From assembly GCA_017445205.1 (NCBI GenBank), contig JAFSUP010000023.1, positions 1-59,319 on the forward strand: a stretch of DNA of 59,319 nucleotides, given 5' to 3'. Made by a program: the position numbers and the translations under genes. Source of the DNA: Synergistaceae bacterium. GTDB taxonomy: Bacteria > Synergistota > Synergistia > Synergistales > Aminobacteriaceae. Under the pieces are notes generated by a model that did no database searches, had not been told where the DNA came from, and saw only the letters and a list, made by a program, of their open reading frames with translations. This document shows positions 1-8,645 of the stretch, one piece after another; within the stretch, counting starts at the first letter, position 1; each line of letters starts with the position of its first letter.

Positions 1-1
1 C

Positions 2-1675
2 TGCAAAATTTTAATTGACGCTACGGAATATGGCGACATGATCCCACTTTCAAAAATTCCATATAGGGCCGGCAATTCTGTTTCACCGTTTTTAAATCCT
101 GATGCAATGGTTCAAGAAATTACTTGGGTGGCTGTGCTCCATAAATATATGCCGAGCGTCCCTGATCATCTTAAACCGCGCGAGCCGCTGCCGGGTTACG
201 AACTTGCAAAGCGAAATTATGAAAGTTATGTTTCAGACGACGGCTTCAACTTCAGAAACACTTACCCCGTTCAAACTCCTGTGAATTTCATGACGCACAA
301 CGCATATCGCGGTCTCCCCGACAGCATGAACCCTTATAGCTATGACGCAGATAAAGACAATCGCGAATACATCACAAAGACCACGGTAAATTGGGGCAAT
401 GATTATCCCGGTACTTACGCATGGAACGGCAAGCGCGGCCTTCCGGTCGGTTATCTCGAAGACAGAAATTTAAGAAAGCAAATTGAACGCGAGGCCTTAA
501 TCAAGACTTTACATTTTATATATTATGTTCAGAATGAACTCGGCGAGGAATGGAGCGTCGCTGATGACGAATATAAAAATAGAATCCTCCCCGAAGCCGC
601 TAGAGATCTCCCGGCGGAATGGCAAGAAATTGTTAAGCGTATGCCAGTTATACCTTATGTTCGAGAATCTCGGCGCATAGTTGGCGAACACACTTTGACT
701 TCTCACGAACTTCTTCAAAATTCTTTGAGCTACAGAGATGGACAGACTAGCCACGAATTTTCAGACGCTATAGCGATCGGCGGTTATATTCTTGACCTTC
801 ACGGAGCGAACACGGATTCAGATATGGAATGGGATTTAGACGAGCGCGCTAACACTTCCATAGTCAACAGACCGCGCGGGCCGTTTCAAGTCCCGATGAA
901 TATTTTGATTCCTAAGGATACGGACGGATTTATAGCAGCAGAAAAGAATTTGTCGATGTCGCGACTTGCACAGGGAGCTTTGAGGCTTCAGCCTATCACA
1001 ATGATGACGGGACAAGCTGCGGGAGCGTTGGCGGCGGTTGCCGTTCGTGAAAAGAAAGAGCCGCGCGAAGTTCACCCGCTAAACGTCCAGTGGGAATTAT
1101 TAAATTCTGGCGTGAATATTTCACTTTGTAATTACACGGACGTCCCTGAAACTCATTCATTAAATAAGGCCATTCAAATTTCAAATCTTTATGGCTTAAT
1201 CGCGCCTAAAGAATATCCGCATTCAGTTTCATTTAATCTTGGCTTCCTTGATGATCCAGTTTGGGAAATGGCAATCATAAAAGGCGAGGACAAAGGCGAG
1301 TTTGGCGTCAACGAACTTGTAACTACGCTCGACGTTCGCGAAATTCTCACGAAAGCACAACGAGCCTTGAAAATGAAAAAGCGTCCTGTGCCTTCGGGAC
1401 TTGATAAAGATAAACTCATGGCGCGCGGAGAACTTGCTCGTGTCGTTTGCGAAGCTTTCCCGACACTCAAAAATATTCCGCGGAAGAAGGGCGCGAAGCT
1501 CCCATTTAAAATTGAAGCGAACAGAAATTCGGATTACGTTACGACGCTCGCAGCTCTTGGAGTTTTGAACGTTTATTCGATAGAAGGCAATTTTTATTAC
1601 GGACGACCTGTAACGAAGGGCGAAGCAATTGACATAATCGTCAGGGCTTGCGTTTTGGCCGCAGAAGAAATTTAG
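2..1675 (+). CDS. FAD-dependent oxidoreductase family protein, 5' partial, with SLH-like C-terminal repeats
   Basis: The frame is open from the window edge (KILIDATEYGDMIPL...). It has an IPYVRESRRIVGEHTLT motif and a GQAAG segment typical of the FAD_oxidored family. The tail has two SLH-like segments (GELARVVCEAF, VTKGEAIDIIVRA). Confidence 0.6.
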   Translation, partial: CKILIDATEYGDMIPLSKIPYRAGNSVSPFLNPDAMVQEITWVAVLHKYMPSVPDHLKPREPLPGYELAKRNYESYVSDDGFNFRNTYPVQTPVNFMTHNAYRGLPDSMNPYSYDADKDNREYITKTTVNWGNDYPGTYAWNGKRGLPVGYLEDRNLRKQIEREALIKTLHFIYYVQNELGEEWSVADDEYKNRILPEAARDLPAEWQEIVKRMPVIPYVRESRRIVGEHTLTSHELLQNSLSYRDGQTSHEFSDAIAIGGYILDLHGANTDSDMEWDLDERANTSIVNRPRGPFQVPMNILIPKDTDGFIAAEKNLSMSRLAQGALRLQPITMMTGQAAGALAAVAVREKKEPREVHPLNVQWELLNSGVNISLCNYTDVPETHSLNKAIQISNLYGLIAPKEYPHSVSFNLGFLDDPVWEMAIIKGEDKGEFGVNELVTTLDVREILTKAQRALKMKKRPVPSGLDKDKLMARGELARVVCEAFPTLKNIPRKKGAKLPFKIEANRNSDYVTTLAALGVLNVYSIEGNFYYGRPVTKGEAIDIIVRACVLAAEEI

Positions 1676-1750
1676 ATTTGTGAGCGGCAATGCCTGATTA
1701 GTCAAGCAAAGCCGCCTACACCCCCCAAAAAGTGAGAAATGAGAAAACCG

Positions 1751-2764
1751 TTATAATAACTGCTTTTTTTTAAAGCCGTTTTCAGTTTTGAGACACATTT
1801 TATCAAGAATCCTATAAACGGTTGCTGGAGCAGCCTTGAACTTTTCGCAAATTTCTTTCGCTGTAAATAGCGTTCCGTTCGGTTGCGTCATAATGAAATT
1901 CTCAATTTTCAACCGCGCCTTTGTGGCGTTGTTTTCGGGATTGCTATCTTCAAAGAAAACTTCTTTGTCTTTATTGTACATTCGGTACGTTAAAGCAAGG
2001 GTGTTTTTCCACCATGACTTGACCGGTTTTAAGCAATAATCTTCACTTCCGTACTTTGATAAAATGAACGCCGTTCCGCACATTCTGACTAATGCTGACG
2101 AACCGATAATTTCGTCTTGGTCAATTTCACCTTTGGCCTTTTTGTCGGTTTTTCGTAAATGATGTGTTACAATAATAGCGGCGTTGTTAGCTTCAGCTAT
2201 TGCCTGAAGGCGGCTCATCATTTGCGTAGTATCTTGGGCCGTGTTTTCGTCGTCGTCCCTGAATGACATCAGGGTATCGAGGATTATCAAATCCGGCTTG
2301 TAGGCTTTTACAAACATCTCCATTGCTCTCGCGCCTTCTGTTTTGTTGATATTCAAGAGAAATCCTTTTTTGGCTGCCTCAAGTTTTGATATTATGGCAA
2401 TGTTTTTGGCGTTTGCTTTGTCGTGCATTTCGCGTTGCCTTTCCGTTATAAGCTGGATTCCTGTTTCTCCGCAAAATAAAAGGCTTCTTGCCAGCGGCTC
2501 GAAGTATGCCTGAGAAATGAAGATTGTTCCTCCAACTGAAAGGTCGGTAATCAATTTCAAAATATACCATGTTTTCCCTACTCCTGCCTTTGAGGCTATA
2601 ACGGTAATGTGTTTTCGGGGAAAAATCCCCGCTACAAATTCTGTATTCGGGGATTCTTCATTAATTGAATGAAAAAGTGATTGAATATCTTCAGGGAGAT
2701 TGGGATTAATCCCTAAGTCAATTTCTCTTTCAGTTACTTTTTTCACTGTGTACACTTCGCTCAT
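1751..2764 (-). CDS. RepA-like / AAA_25-type replicative ATPase with a wHTH-like C-terminal tail (mobile-element replication protein)
   Basis: Walker A is ASKAGVGKT and Walker B is LIILD, followed by IIVTHHLRK. The C-terminus reads ATVYRILDKM. An ATGA overlap links it to the upstream gene. Confidence 0.65.
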   Translation of the reverse strand: MSEVYTVKKVTEREIDLGINPNLPEDIQSLFHSINEESPNTEFVAGIFPRKHITVIASKAGVGKTWYILKLITDLSVGGTIFISQAYFEPLARSLLFCGETGIQLITERQREMHDKANAKNIAIISKLEAAKKGFLLNINKTEGARAMEMFVKAYKPDLIILDTLMSFRDDDENTAQDTTQMMSRLQAIAEANNAAIIVTHHLRKTDKKAKGEIDQDEIIGSSALVRMCGTAFILSKYGSEDYCLKPVKSWWKNTLALTYRMYNKDKEVFFEDSNPENNATKARLKIENFIMTQPNGTLFTAKEICEKFKAAPATVYRILDKMCLKTENGFKKKQLL

Positions 2765-2973
2765 TTACAACACTCTTTTGCGTACTTATCAGCTTCTTCA
2801 ACCATTCGCGCAACGTCCATATAACATTCCGACTTTGCACAATTAGCGTCGCTAATGTCAAAAGATACTGGGCAATCGAAATAATCAAGTGAACGATCAT
2901 GTTCAACGAGTGGACAATCATTGCAAAAGCCTTCAATGCTCCACGCCTCCTCATCAAGCTTCACTATCTTCAA
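2761..2973 (-). CDS. small Cys-rich hypothetical protein (possible zinc-binding)
   Basis: The likely start is an in-frame TTG at 2973 or GTG at 2964, after a GGAGGTG RBS, rather than the ORF-track ATG at 3039. Cys pairs are FCNDCP, FDCP and NCAKSEC. It is coupled to the flanking genes. Confidence 0.45.
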   Translation of the reverse strand: MKIVKLDEEAWSIEGFCNDCPLVEHDRSLDYFDCPVSFDISDANCAKSECYMDVARMVEEADKYAKECCK

Positions 2974-3190
2974 TTTCTTCCCACCTCCTATCACTTTGCA
3001 GCTTGTAGATGGTATCCTTTGAAATTCTTTTGATTTCAAAGAACAGATGGGCGATTTTCATCATTGCCGATTCAATTTCATACGGCATATCTTCGCTCCT
3101 ATCGAGCATTTTCCAAATAACTTCGTATATGTCGAAGCTGTCTTCTCCGATAATTCGGAGTCCCATTTCATATGAAGATTTTTCTTTCAT
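2954..3190 (-). CDS. hypothetical acidic protein, first gene of the element-like operon
   Basis: The ATG at 3190 is preceded by AAGGAGAA. I recognise no family. Confidence 0.4.
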   Translation of the reverse strand: MKEKSSYEMGLRIIGEDSFDIYEVIWKMLDRSEDMPYEIESAMMKIAHLFFEIKRISKDTIYKLQSDRRWEEIEDSEA

Positions 3191-3311
3191 ATTTTTTTCT
3201 CCTTTCAAAATTTATTAAGAGAAACCCTTAAAATAATGAGAGAAAGGAACGGCTTCATGCTCCTTTGAATAAATTTTTGAGAGAGGAAGGATTTCTCTTA
3301 ACGATTAATAC

Positions 3312-3345
3312 TTTAACATTGATTAAAAAAATTAACAATGTTAAA
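3312..3345. promoter_or_regulatory. perfect 10-bp inverted repeat TTTAACATTG-N14-CAATGTTAAA (candidate operator)
   Basis: Read directly from the sequence. It lies in the AT-rich gap between the minus-strand element genes and the flagellin-like ORF. Confidence 0.4.
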
Positions 3346-3397
3346 ATTACGGTTGTTTTTTCTCACTTACCTGTACTATGCCTTATGAAATTAGTAT

Positions 3398-5347
3398 TTG
3401 CAACAGTTTTCTCATTTCTCACTTTTTGGGGGGTACGGAAACGGAACAGGACGTGCTGGTCTTGAAGTTCCTGACGGTGCTAAACTTATGATTTCAAGTT
3501 CAGACGGTGACGGCGAAATTACAGGACAACTTGAAGCTTGGGGAGGAAAGTATGGCTCCGGTATTGGTGGGCCTGGGTTAACTTATTCATCTCAAGGACG
3601 TGCAGGTTTCATCAATATTGTTGGAGGAACAATCGAAGCACATGGTTCTTACGGAGGCGCAGGCATCGGTGGCGGAAACACAAACGGCTTTGATGGCGGA
3701 GGCGAAATACTTATTCAAGGTGGAAAGATTACGGCTTGGGGTGCTAACGATGGAACTGGCGGACCAGGCATCGGAAGTGGATTTTATCCAACTTATCCCA
3801 ATCACAATTATGCTTATACATCAGATAATACTTCTATTATCATTGAAGCTGTTGAAAGCTTAACAGCTTACGGAGGAGATCGTAGTGCCGGAATAGGAGG
3901 AGCTTACGCTAGCAGTGCTGGGACAATAAAAATCAATAAAAAAATTATTGATGAGAATCGTATTACAGCTGTTGCCGGGGGGACAGGTGCAGAACCTATA
4001 GGCTGGGGAGCATACGGCAGTCAAATAGAAGACAACGATATTGACCTAGATACTTGGGAAGATTATTTCTATACCTACGACGTCCCTGATCGTCCAACAA
4101 CTGAGGTGGAGGTTAAAACGGCGGAAACAAAATACGTTTACGAAGAAATAACAACGCCAGTGACAAAAGAAGTTACGCGCGAAGTCGTGAAAAAAGTGGA
4201 TAAAATTATCGGCGAGCGAGTTGTGGATACTATGCCTGTAATCAAGGGGCTCGATGGAGATTTTGTCTTTCATGAAAAAAATTTAGACTCAATTTCACAA
4301 TTTCATGACGCTAGCGGAAAATTCCTAGCTTCACAACCAAAAATAATTACAATAACTCAAGGCGACGGAAAAACGGCAAGTGTTGCGCTCTACGAACACG
4401 ATACTATGCAAGACGTTGCGAAAAAAATTAATGACACAATCGCAAATTCATTAGGCCAAGCGCAATATTCTGACAACATCGAAAAATTTTGCACTATTGC
4501 CGACGGGACAGACAATACTTCTGAAGCCGCATATAAAAAAGAACCTATTTACTCAGAAGAAGGTTATTTATCAGAATATGGATTTGATATTCCTGTAGGG
4601 ACTTTAATAGGCTATAAAGTTAGTTCAACAATGCTTGTACGTTCGGCGCTTCCCGGCAAAGCGGGCGAATTATATTTTTCAGGCGATGAAGATTTATTAA
4701 ACGCTCTCGGCTTGAACACGATTCAAGAATCACAAGAGGCAGAGTTCATGGCTTCGGTATATGACGCTCATTCAGGTGCGCCTGTTGCAATAAATGTCAA
4801 ATCTTCAGCACCGGAGTTTAAGAGTCTTATTCCGCCAGAAATTGATATTGAGGTTGACGCTATGGCGGGCTTGTCGGCAAATTGGGACGAAAACACGAAA
4901 CAATTTATAACCGCACGCAAAGAAGTTTATTCGGCTTACCTTCATCTTAAAAATAACGGCACAGTTTTTCAAGTCGGCGCAAACGAGGGCGAAGATTTTA
5001 TCGTTCAGCTTGGCGATTCTTCAAGCAACGCGCTTGGGATTTCAGCGGTTAATGTCCTGACTCGCGAGACGGCTTCACACGCAATAAGCACGATTGACAA
5101 CGCGATTAACAAAATTTCTTCACAGCGTGCAAAAATCGGAGCTTATGAGAATGCTCTCGAACACACAATGACGAATCTAACAACAACAAGTCTAAATCTC
5201 ACGAACGCTGAGAGCCGAATCCGGGACGCGGATATGTCAAAGTCAATGATGGAGCTTGTGAAACTTCAAATTTTGAATCAATCAGGAACTTCAATGTTAT
5301 CGCAGGCCAATCAGCTCCCGCAGTCAGTTTTAAGTTTGCTTCAGTGA
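3398..5347 (+). CDS. chimeric flagellin-C-terminal-domain protein lacking the flagellin N-terminal domain (possibly a 5'-truncated flagellin)
   Basis: The C-terminus reads QVGANEGEDF...RAKIGAYENALEHT...AESRIRDADM...LSQANQLPQSVLSLLQ, matching flagellin D1/D0. The N-terminal ~200 aa are I-x-I-x-GG-x-I-x-A-x-G-x3-GAGIGG repeats. A stop lies at 3392-3394 just upstream and the start is TTG. Confidence 0.7.
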   Translation: MQQFSHFSLFGGYGNGTGRAGLEVPDGAKLMISSSDGDGEITGQLEAWGGKYGSGIGGPGLTYSSQGRAGFINIVGGTIEAHGSYGGAGIGGGNTNGFDGGGEILIQGGKITAWGANDGTGGPGIGSGFYPTYPNHNYAYTSDNTSIIIEAVESLTAYGGDRSAGIGGAYASSAGTIKINKKIIDENRITAVAGGTGAEPIGWGAYGSQIEDNDIDLDTWEDYFYTYDVPDRPTTEVEVKTAETKYVYEEITTPVTKEVTREVVKKVDKIIGERVVDTMPVIKGLDGDFVFHEKNLDSISQFHDASGKFLASQPKIITITQGDGKTASVALYEHDTMQDVAKKINDTIANSLGQAQYSDNIEKFCTIADGTDNTSEAAYKKEPIYSEEGYLSEYGFDIPVGTLIGYKVSSTMLVRSALPGKAGELYFSGDEDLLNALGLNTIQESQEAEFMASVYDAHSGAPVAINVKSSAPEFKSLIPPEIDIEVDAMAGLSANWDENTKQFITARKEVYSAYLHLKNNGTVFQVGANEGEDFIVQLGDSSSNALGISAVNVLTRETASHAISTIDNAINKISSQRAKIGAYENALEHTMTNLTTTSLNLTNAESRIRDADMSKSMMELVKLQILNQSGTSMLSQANQLPQSVLSLLQ

Positions 5348-5369
5348 AAAATTAATTTTTTATCCCACA

Positions 5370-5378
5370 TGATAGAAT
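5370..5378 (+). promoter_or_regulatory. candidate extended -10 promoter (TGaTAGAAT) for the TAXI-TRAP genes
   Basis: Sequence motif located 33 nt upstream of the ATG at 5411. Confidence 0.3.
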
Positions 5379-5410
5379 AATTAAAAATTTTTTCAGGAGG
5401 TATTTTAAAA

Positions 5411-6370
5411 ATGAAGAAAATTATTTCTCTCGCTTTAGTCTTCGCGATGGCTATGACGTGCGCGGCGTTTGCTGACGCTTTGCCCGGTGGTTCGAGATTA
5501 ATCTTCACGACCGGTGGAGCGCAGGGAACTTATTACGGCTTCGGCGGAGTCCTTGCTGGCAAAGTCGGCGAAAAGACAAGCACAACCGTTACTGCGATCA
5601 CTTCCGGCGGCTCAAAGGCCAATATCGAAGCAATGGACGACGGCGACGCACAACTCGGCTTCACACAGTCAGACGTCGGCGCGTATGCTTACAGAGGCAC
5701 AAGACTTTTCGATGAAAAATATGACAACTTCTCAACAGTCGCTAACCTTTACATGGAGCAGGTTCAGATCGTAACGCTCGACCCGAATATTAAAACAGTT
5801 GCCGACCTCAAGGGCAAAAACGTTTCAATCGGCGCAGCAGGCTCTGGCGTTTATTTCAACGCCGTTGACGTTTTGAAAGTTTACGGCCTTGACGTCGAGA
5901 AAGACATCAAACCGACTTATCAATCATTCGGCGACAGCGTTGAAGCTTTGCAGGACGGCAAAATCGACGCGGCTTTCATCGTTGCAGGCGCACCTACGAC
6001 GGCAGTAACTTCACTAGCTACGACAAAGAAAGTTTATCTCGTTGGCTTTGATGATGAACACGTCCTCAAATTAATCGCCGAGTCTCCTTATTACTCAATG
6101 AACGTGATTAAGAAAGAAGTTTACGGCACTGACGAAGACACCGTAACAGTGGCGGTCGGCGCGGTCGTTATTGCTCTTGATGACGTTTCAGAGACCGACG
6201 TTTATAACTTCCTCTACGGGATCTTTGAAAACGTTGAAGAAATCACAGCGGCTCATGCGAAAGGTGCGGAACTTAATCTTAACTTCGCAGCCAGCTACAC
6301 GGCAGTTCCTTATCACAAAGGCGCAGTTAAGTATTTCGGCGAAAAAGGAATCAAAGTCGCAGGGAAGTAA
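5411..6370 (+). CDS. TAXI-family TRAP transporter solute-binding protein
   Basis: Signal peptide plus GGAQGTYYGFGGVLA and VPYHKGAVKYF motifs typical of TAXI receptors. Confidence 0.85.
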   Translation: MKKIISLALVFAMAMTCAAFADALPGGSRLIFTTGGAQGTYYGFGGVLAGKVGEKTSTTVTAITSGGSKANIEAMDDGDAQLGFTQSDVGAYAYRGTRLFDEKYDNFSTVANLYMEQVQIVTLDPNIKTVADLKGKNVSIGAAGSGVYFNAVDVLKVYGLDVEKDIKPTYQSFGDSVEALQDGKIDAAFIVAGAPTTAVTSLATTKKVYLVGFDDEHVLKLIAESPYYSMNVIKKEVYGTDEDTVTVAVGAVVIALDDVSETDVYNFLYGIFENVEEITAAHAKGAELNLNFAASYTAVPYHKGAVKYFGEKGIKVAGK

Positions 6371-6376
6371 AAACAA

Positions 6377-6411
6377 GTAGGAATTAGGAGTTAGGAAGTA
6401 GGAAGTAAAAA
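6377..6411 (+). repeat. heptad purine-rich repeat, copy a (GTAGGAA TTAGGAG TTAGGAA GTAGGAA GTAAAAA)
   Basis: Read directly. It starts 7 nt after the stop codon. Confidence 0.8.
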
Positions 6412-6438
6412 GTAAGATTCTTAACTCAGATGTACGAT

Positions 6439-6471
6439 ACGGCTGCGGCGTTTTGCTGTAGCCGTTTTTTT
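6439..6471 (+). terminator. intra-operon rho-independent terminator or attenuator between the TAXI receptor and permease genes
   Basis: An ACGGCTGCGGC...GCTGTAGCCGT stem is followed by a T7 tract. Confidence 0.6.
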
Positions 6472-6502
6472 ATAAAAATTTTTAGAAAGGGGAAAATTTT
6501 TC

Positions 6503-8566
6503 ATGAGTGATACTGATTTAATATCACGGGCTACTGGCGAATTATACAAAAATATTGACGCTATGCTTGACAGCGTTATGAAAAAATACGACCGTGAGTC
6601 TAACACTCGTATTTGGCATGGTCGCCCGGCTGTGCTTGTCAAATGTCTGTCGGCGCTGTTTTCACTTTATTGTATTTATGTTACGCTCTTCAGCACTGCT
6701 ATGCCGGAGATAAGACTCAATGTCTTCTTGGGATTAATTTTAATTCTTGGCTACTTACATTATCCGATTAGAAAAACTCCCAGCGAAATTTTGCAGGGAC
6801 TTGATGATTCAATTTCAATTCCGATTACATTCGATACAAAAGCGCGATCAAATTCTATTCCGTTTTATGACATTCTAATTATGTTGGCCGGAGCAATTCC
6901 GTTTTTTTATTTTGCTTTCAACGCCGAGAGCATTATTAAACTTGCTTTGCGCGTAACAAGTCCACGAAATCCGAATTATCATTTAATGATTACAATGGCG
7001 GTGCTTGCGATTTTATCGACGATGGAACTTTGCAGACGCTGCGTAGGCATTCCGATTTTGTGTGTCGTGGGTGCGTTGATGGTCTATGCGTTCTCTACAG
7101 TGAGATTCGGAAAAGTCATCTACGATTTATTTTATTCGACCGGCGACGGACTCCGAAGCACTCCGATTGAAGTCTGCGCTAAATATATCGTCGTGTTCAT
7201 AATCTTCGGAGCGTTTCTTGAGCGAACAGGAATTTCAACATTCTTTATTAATCTTGCGAACGCTATCGCAGGAGCGTCGGCGGGCGGCCCGGCAAAAGTC
7301 GCTGTTATATCGTCGGCTCTTTGCGGCATGGTCTCAGGCTCGTCAGTCGGAAACACCGTAACGACAGGCTCTGTAACTATCCCCATGATGAAGAAGACAG
7401 GTTATAAGCCCGAGTTTGCTGGCGCAGTCGAAGCGGCGGCATCGACTGGCGGTCAGATTATGCCTCCGATAATGGGAGCGGCGGCTTTCTTAATGGCCGA
7501 GTATATGGGCATTCCGTATTCGCAGGTCGCATTGAAAGCGATCCTTCCGGCGGTTTTATATTTCGCTGGAATTTATATCGCCGTTCATCTTGAAGCAAAA
7601 AAATTAGGATTGAAAGGCATTCCTAAAGAAGAGTTGCCGCGAATTTTGAAATTACTTCCGAAAGTTTATTTGCTCTTGCCGTTAATCGTTCTCGTCGTGA
7701 TGGTGTCCATGAACATTTACACGATGCAGTTTTCTGCGGCGATAGCTATCGGGCTTGCTATCTTCGTGGGACTCTTCAACAGCGACGAACGGATAACGCC
7801 GAAAAAAATTCTTGAAGCTCTCGAAGCGGGCGGACGCGGCACAATCACCGTAGCTGTAGCGTGTGCAATGGCGGGACTCGTAGCAGGCTGTATAACGTCA
7901 ACCGGTCTAGCATCAGAATTAATTACAATGGTCGTGAACGTTTCCGGCGGTCATGCTTTCATTGCGCTTGTGCTTACGATGATCTGCTGCGTAATTTTGG
8001 GAATGGGAGTTCCGACTACGGCGAACTATTGCATCATGGCGGCGACTTGTGCGCCTATCTTAATGGCTCCGGCTATCGGAATTGAAAAAATCTGCGCTCA
8101 TTTCTTCGTGTTTTATTTTGGAATTGTCGCGGATATAACGCCTCCTGTGGCTTTGGCGGCTTATGCTGGCTCGGCGATTGCTAAGGCTCCTCCGATGAAG
8201 ACGGCTTTTAATGCAACGAAACTCGCGATAGGCGCGTTCATTGTGCCTTATATCTTTGCGTTCACGCCGGCAATGTTATTTGAGAACGTGAGTCCGCTAA
8301 TTAACATCACGAACGCAGGGCCGGTCTTGACACAAATTTTAATCGCGTGCGAAATTATTTTAATCTGCGCTACAGCGTTACTTGGAATTTTCGGAGTTGC
8401 TGCAGCTCTCAATGGATTTTTGTACAAGCCTATAAATCCAATTTTCAGAATAATAATTTGCGCGGGCGGTCTTAGCATGTTGGTGCCCGGTCTTGTGAGC
8501 GATTTAATAGGACTTATGCTCGTGGGATTTGTTTTCACTGTTCAATATATGAAGAAAGATAGTTAA
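6503..8566 (+). CDS. TRAP transporter fused 4TM/12TM permease (TAXI-associated)
   Basis: A 687-aa polytopic protein with a DctM-like core (GGPAKVAVISSALCGMVSGS...), adjacent to the TAXI receptor gene. Confidence 0.85.
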   Translation: MSDTDLISRATGELYKNIDAMLDSVMKKYDRESNTRIWHGRPAVLVKCLSALFSLYCIYVTLFSTAMPEIRLNVFLGLILILGYLHYPIRKTPSEILQGLDDSISIPITFDTKARSNSIPFYDILIMLAGAIPFFYFAFNAESIIKLALRVTSPRNPNYHLMITMAVLAILSTMELCRRCVGIPILCVVGALMVYAFSTVRFGKVIYDLFYSTGDGLRSTPIEVCAKYIVVFIIFGAFLERTGISTFFINLANAIAGASAGGPAKVAVISSALCGMVSGSSVGNTVTTGSVTIPMMKKTGYKPEFAGAVEAAASTGGQIMPPIMGAAAFLMAEYMGIPYSQVALKAILPAVLYFAGIYIAVHLEAKKLGLKGIPKEELPRILKLLPKVYLLLPLIVLVVMVSMNIYTMQFSAAIAIGLAIFVGLFNSDERITPKKILEALEAGGRGTITVAVACAMAGLVAGCITSTGLASELITMVVNVSGGHAFIALVLTMICCVILGMGVPTTANYCIMAATCAPILMAPAIGIEKICAHFFVFYFGIVADITPPVALAAYAGSAIAKAPPMKTAFNATKLAIGAFIVPYIFAFTPAMLFENVSPLINITNAGPVLTQILIACEIILICATALLGIFGVAAALNGFLYKPINPIFRIIICAGGLSMLVPGLVSDLIGLMLVGFVFTVQYMKKDS

Positions 8567-8573
8567 TTTTTAG

Positions 8574-8607
8574 TCAGCCTTGTTCACACGGACGAGGCTG
8601 ATTTTTT
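8574..8607 (+). terminator. rho-independent terminator
   Basis: TCAGCCT-N14-AGGCTGA followed by T6. Confidence 0.6.
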
Positions 8608-8645
8608 GTATAATGTGAAAAATTTTTAATCAGGAGGAATTTTTT

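Noticed and set aside
1676-1750. att-like direct repeats flanking the RepA-type element (GAGAAATGAGAAAAC versus AATGAGAGAAAGG near 3230)
   Set aside because: The match is short, A/G-rich and imperfect, so it is indistinguishable from chance in AT-rich DNA.
3265-3465. 66-aa ORF upstream of and overlapping the flagellin-like gene
   Set aside because: It is an AT-rich spurious frame with no RBS and no repeat or flagellin similarity.
6377-6411. Heptad repeats as a CRISPR array or minisatellite
   Set aside because: The units are 7 nt with no spacers, there are at most 5 units per locus, and no cas genes are present. They are treated instead as a dispersed RNA-level element.
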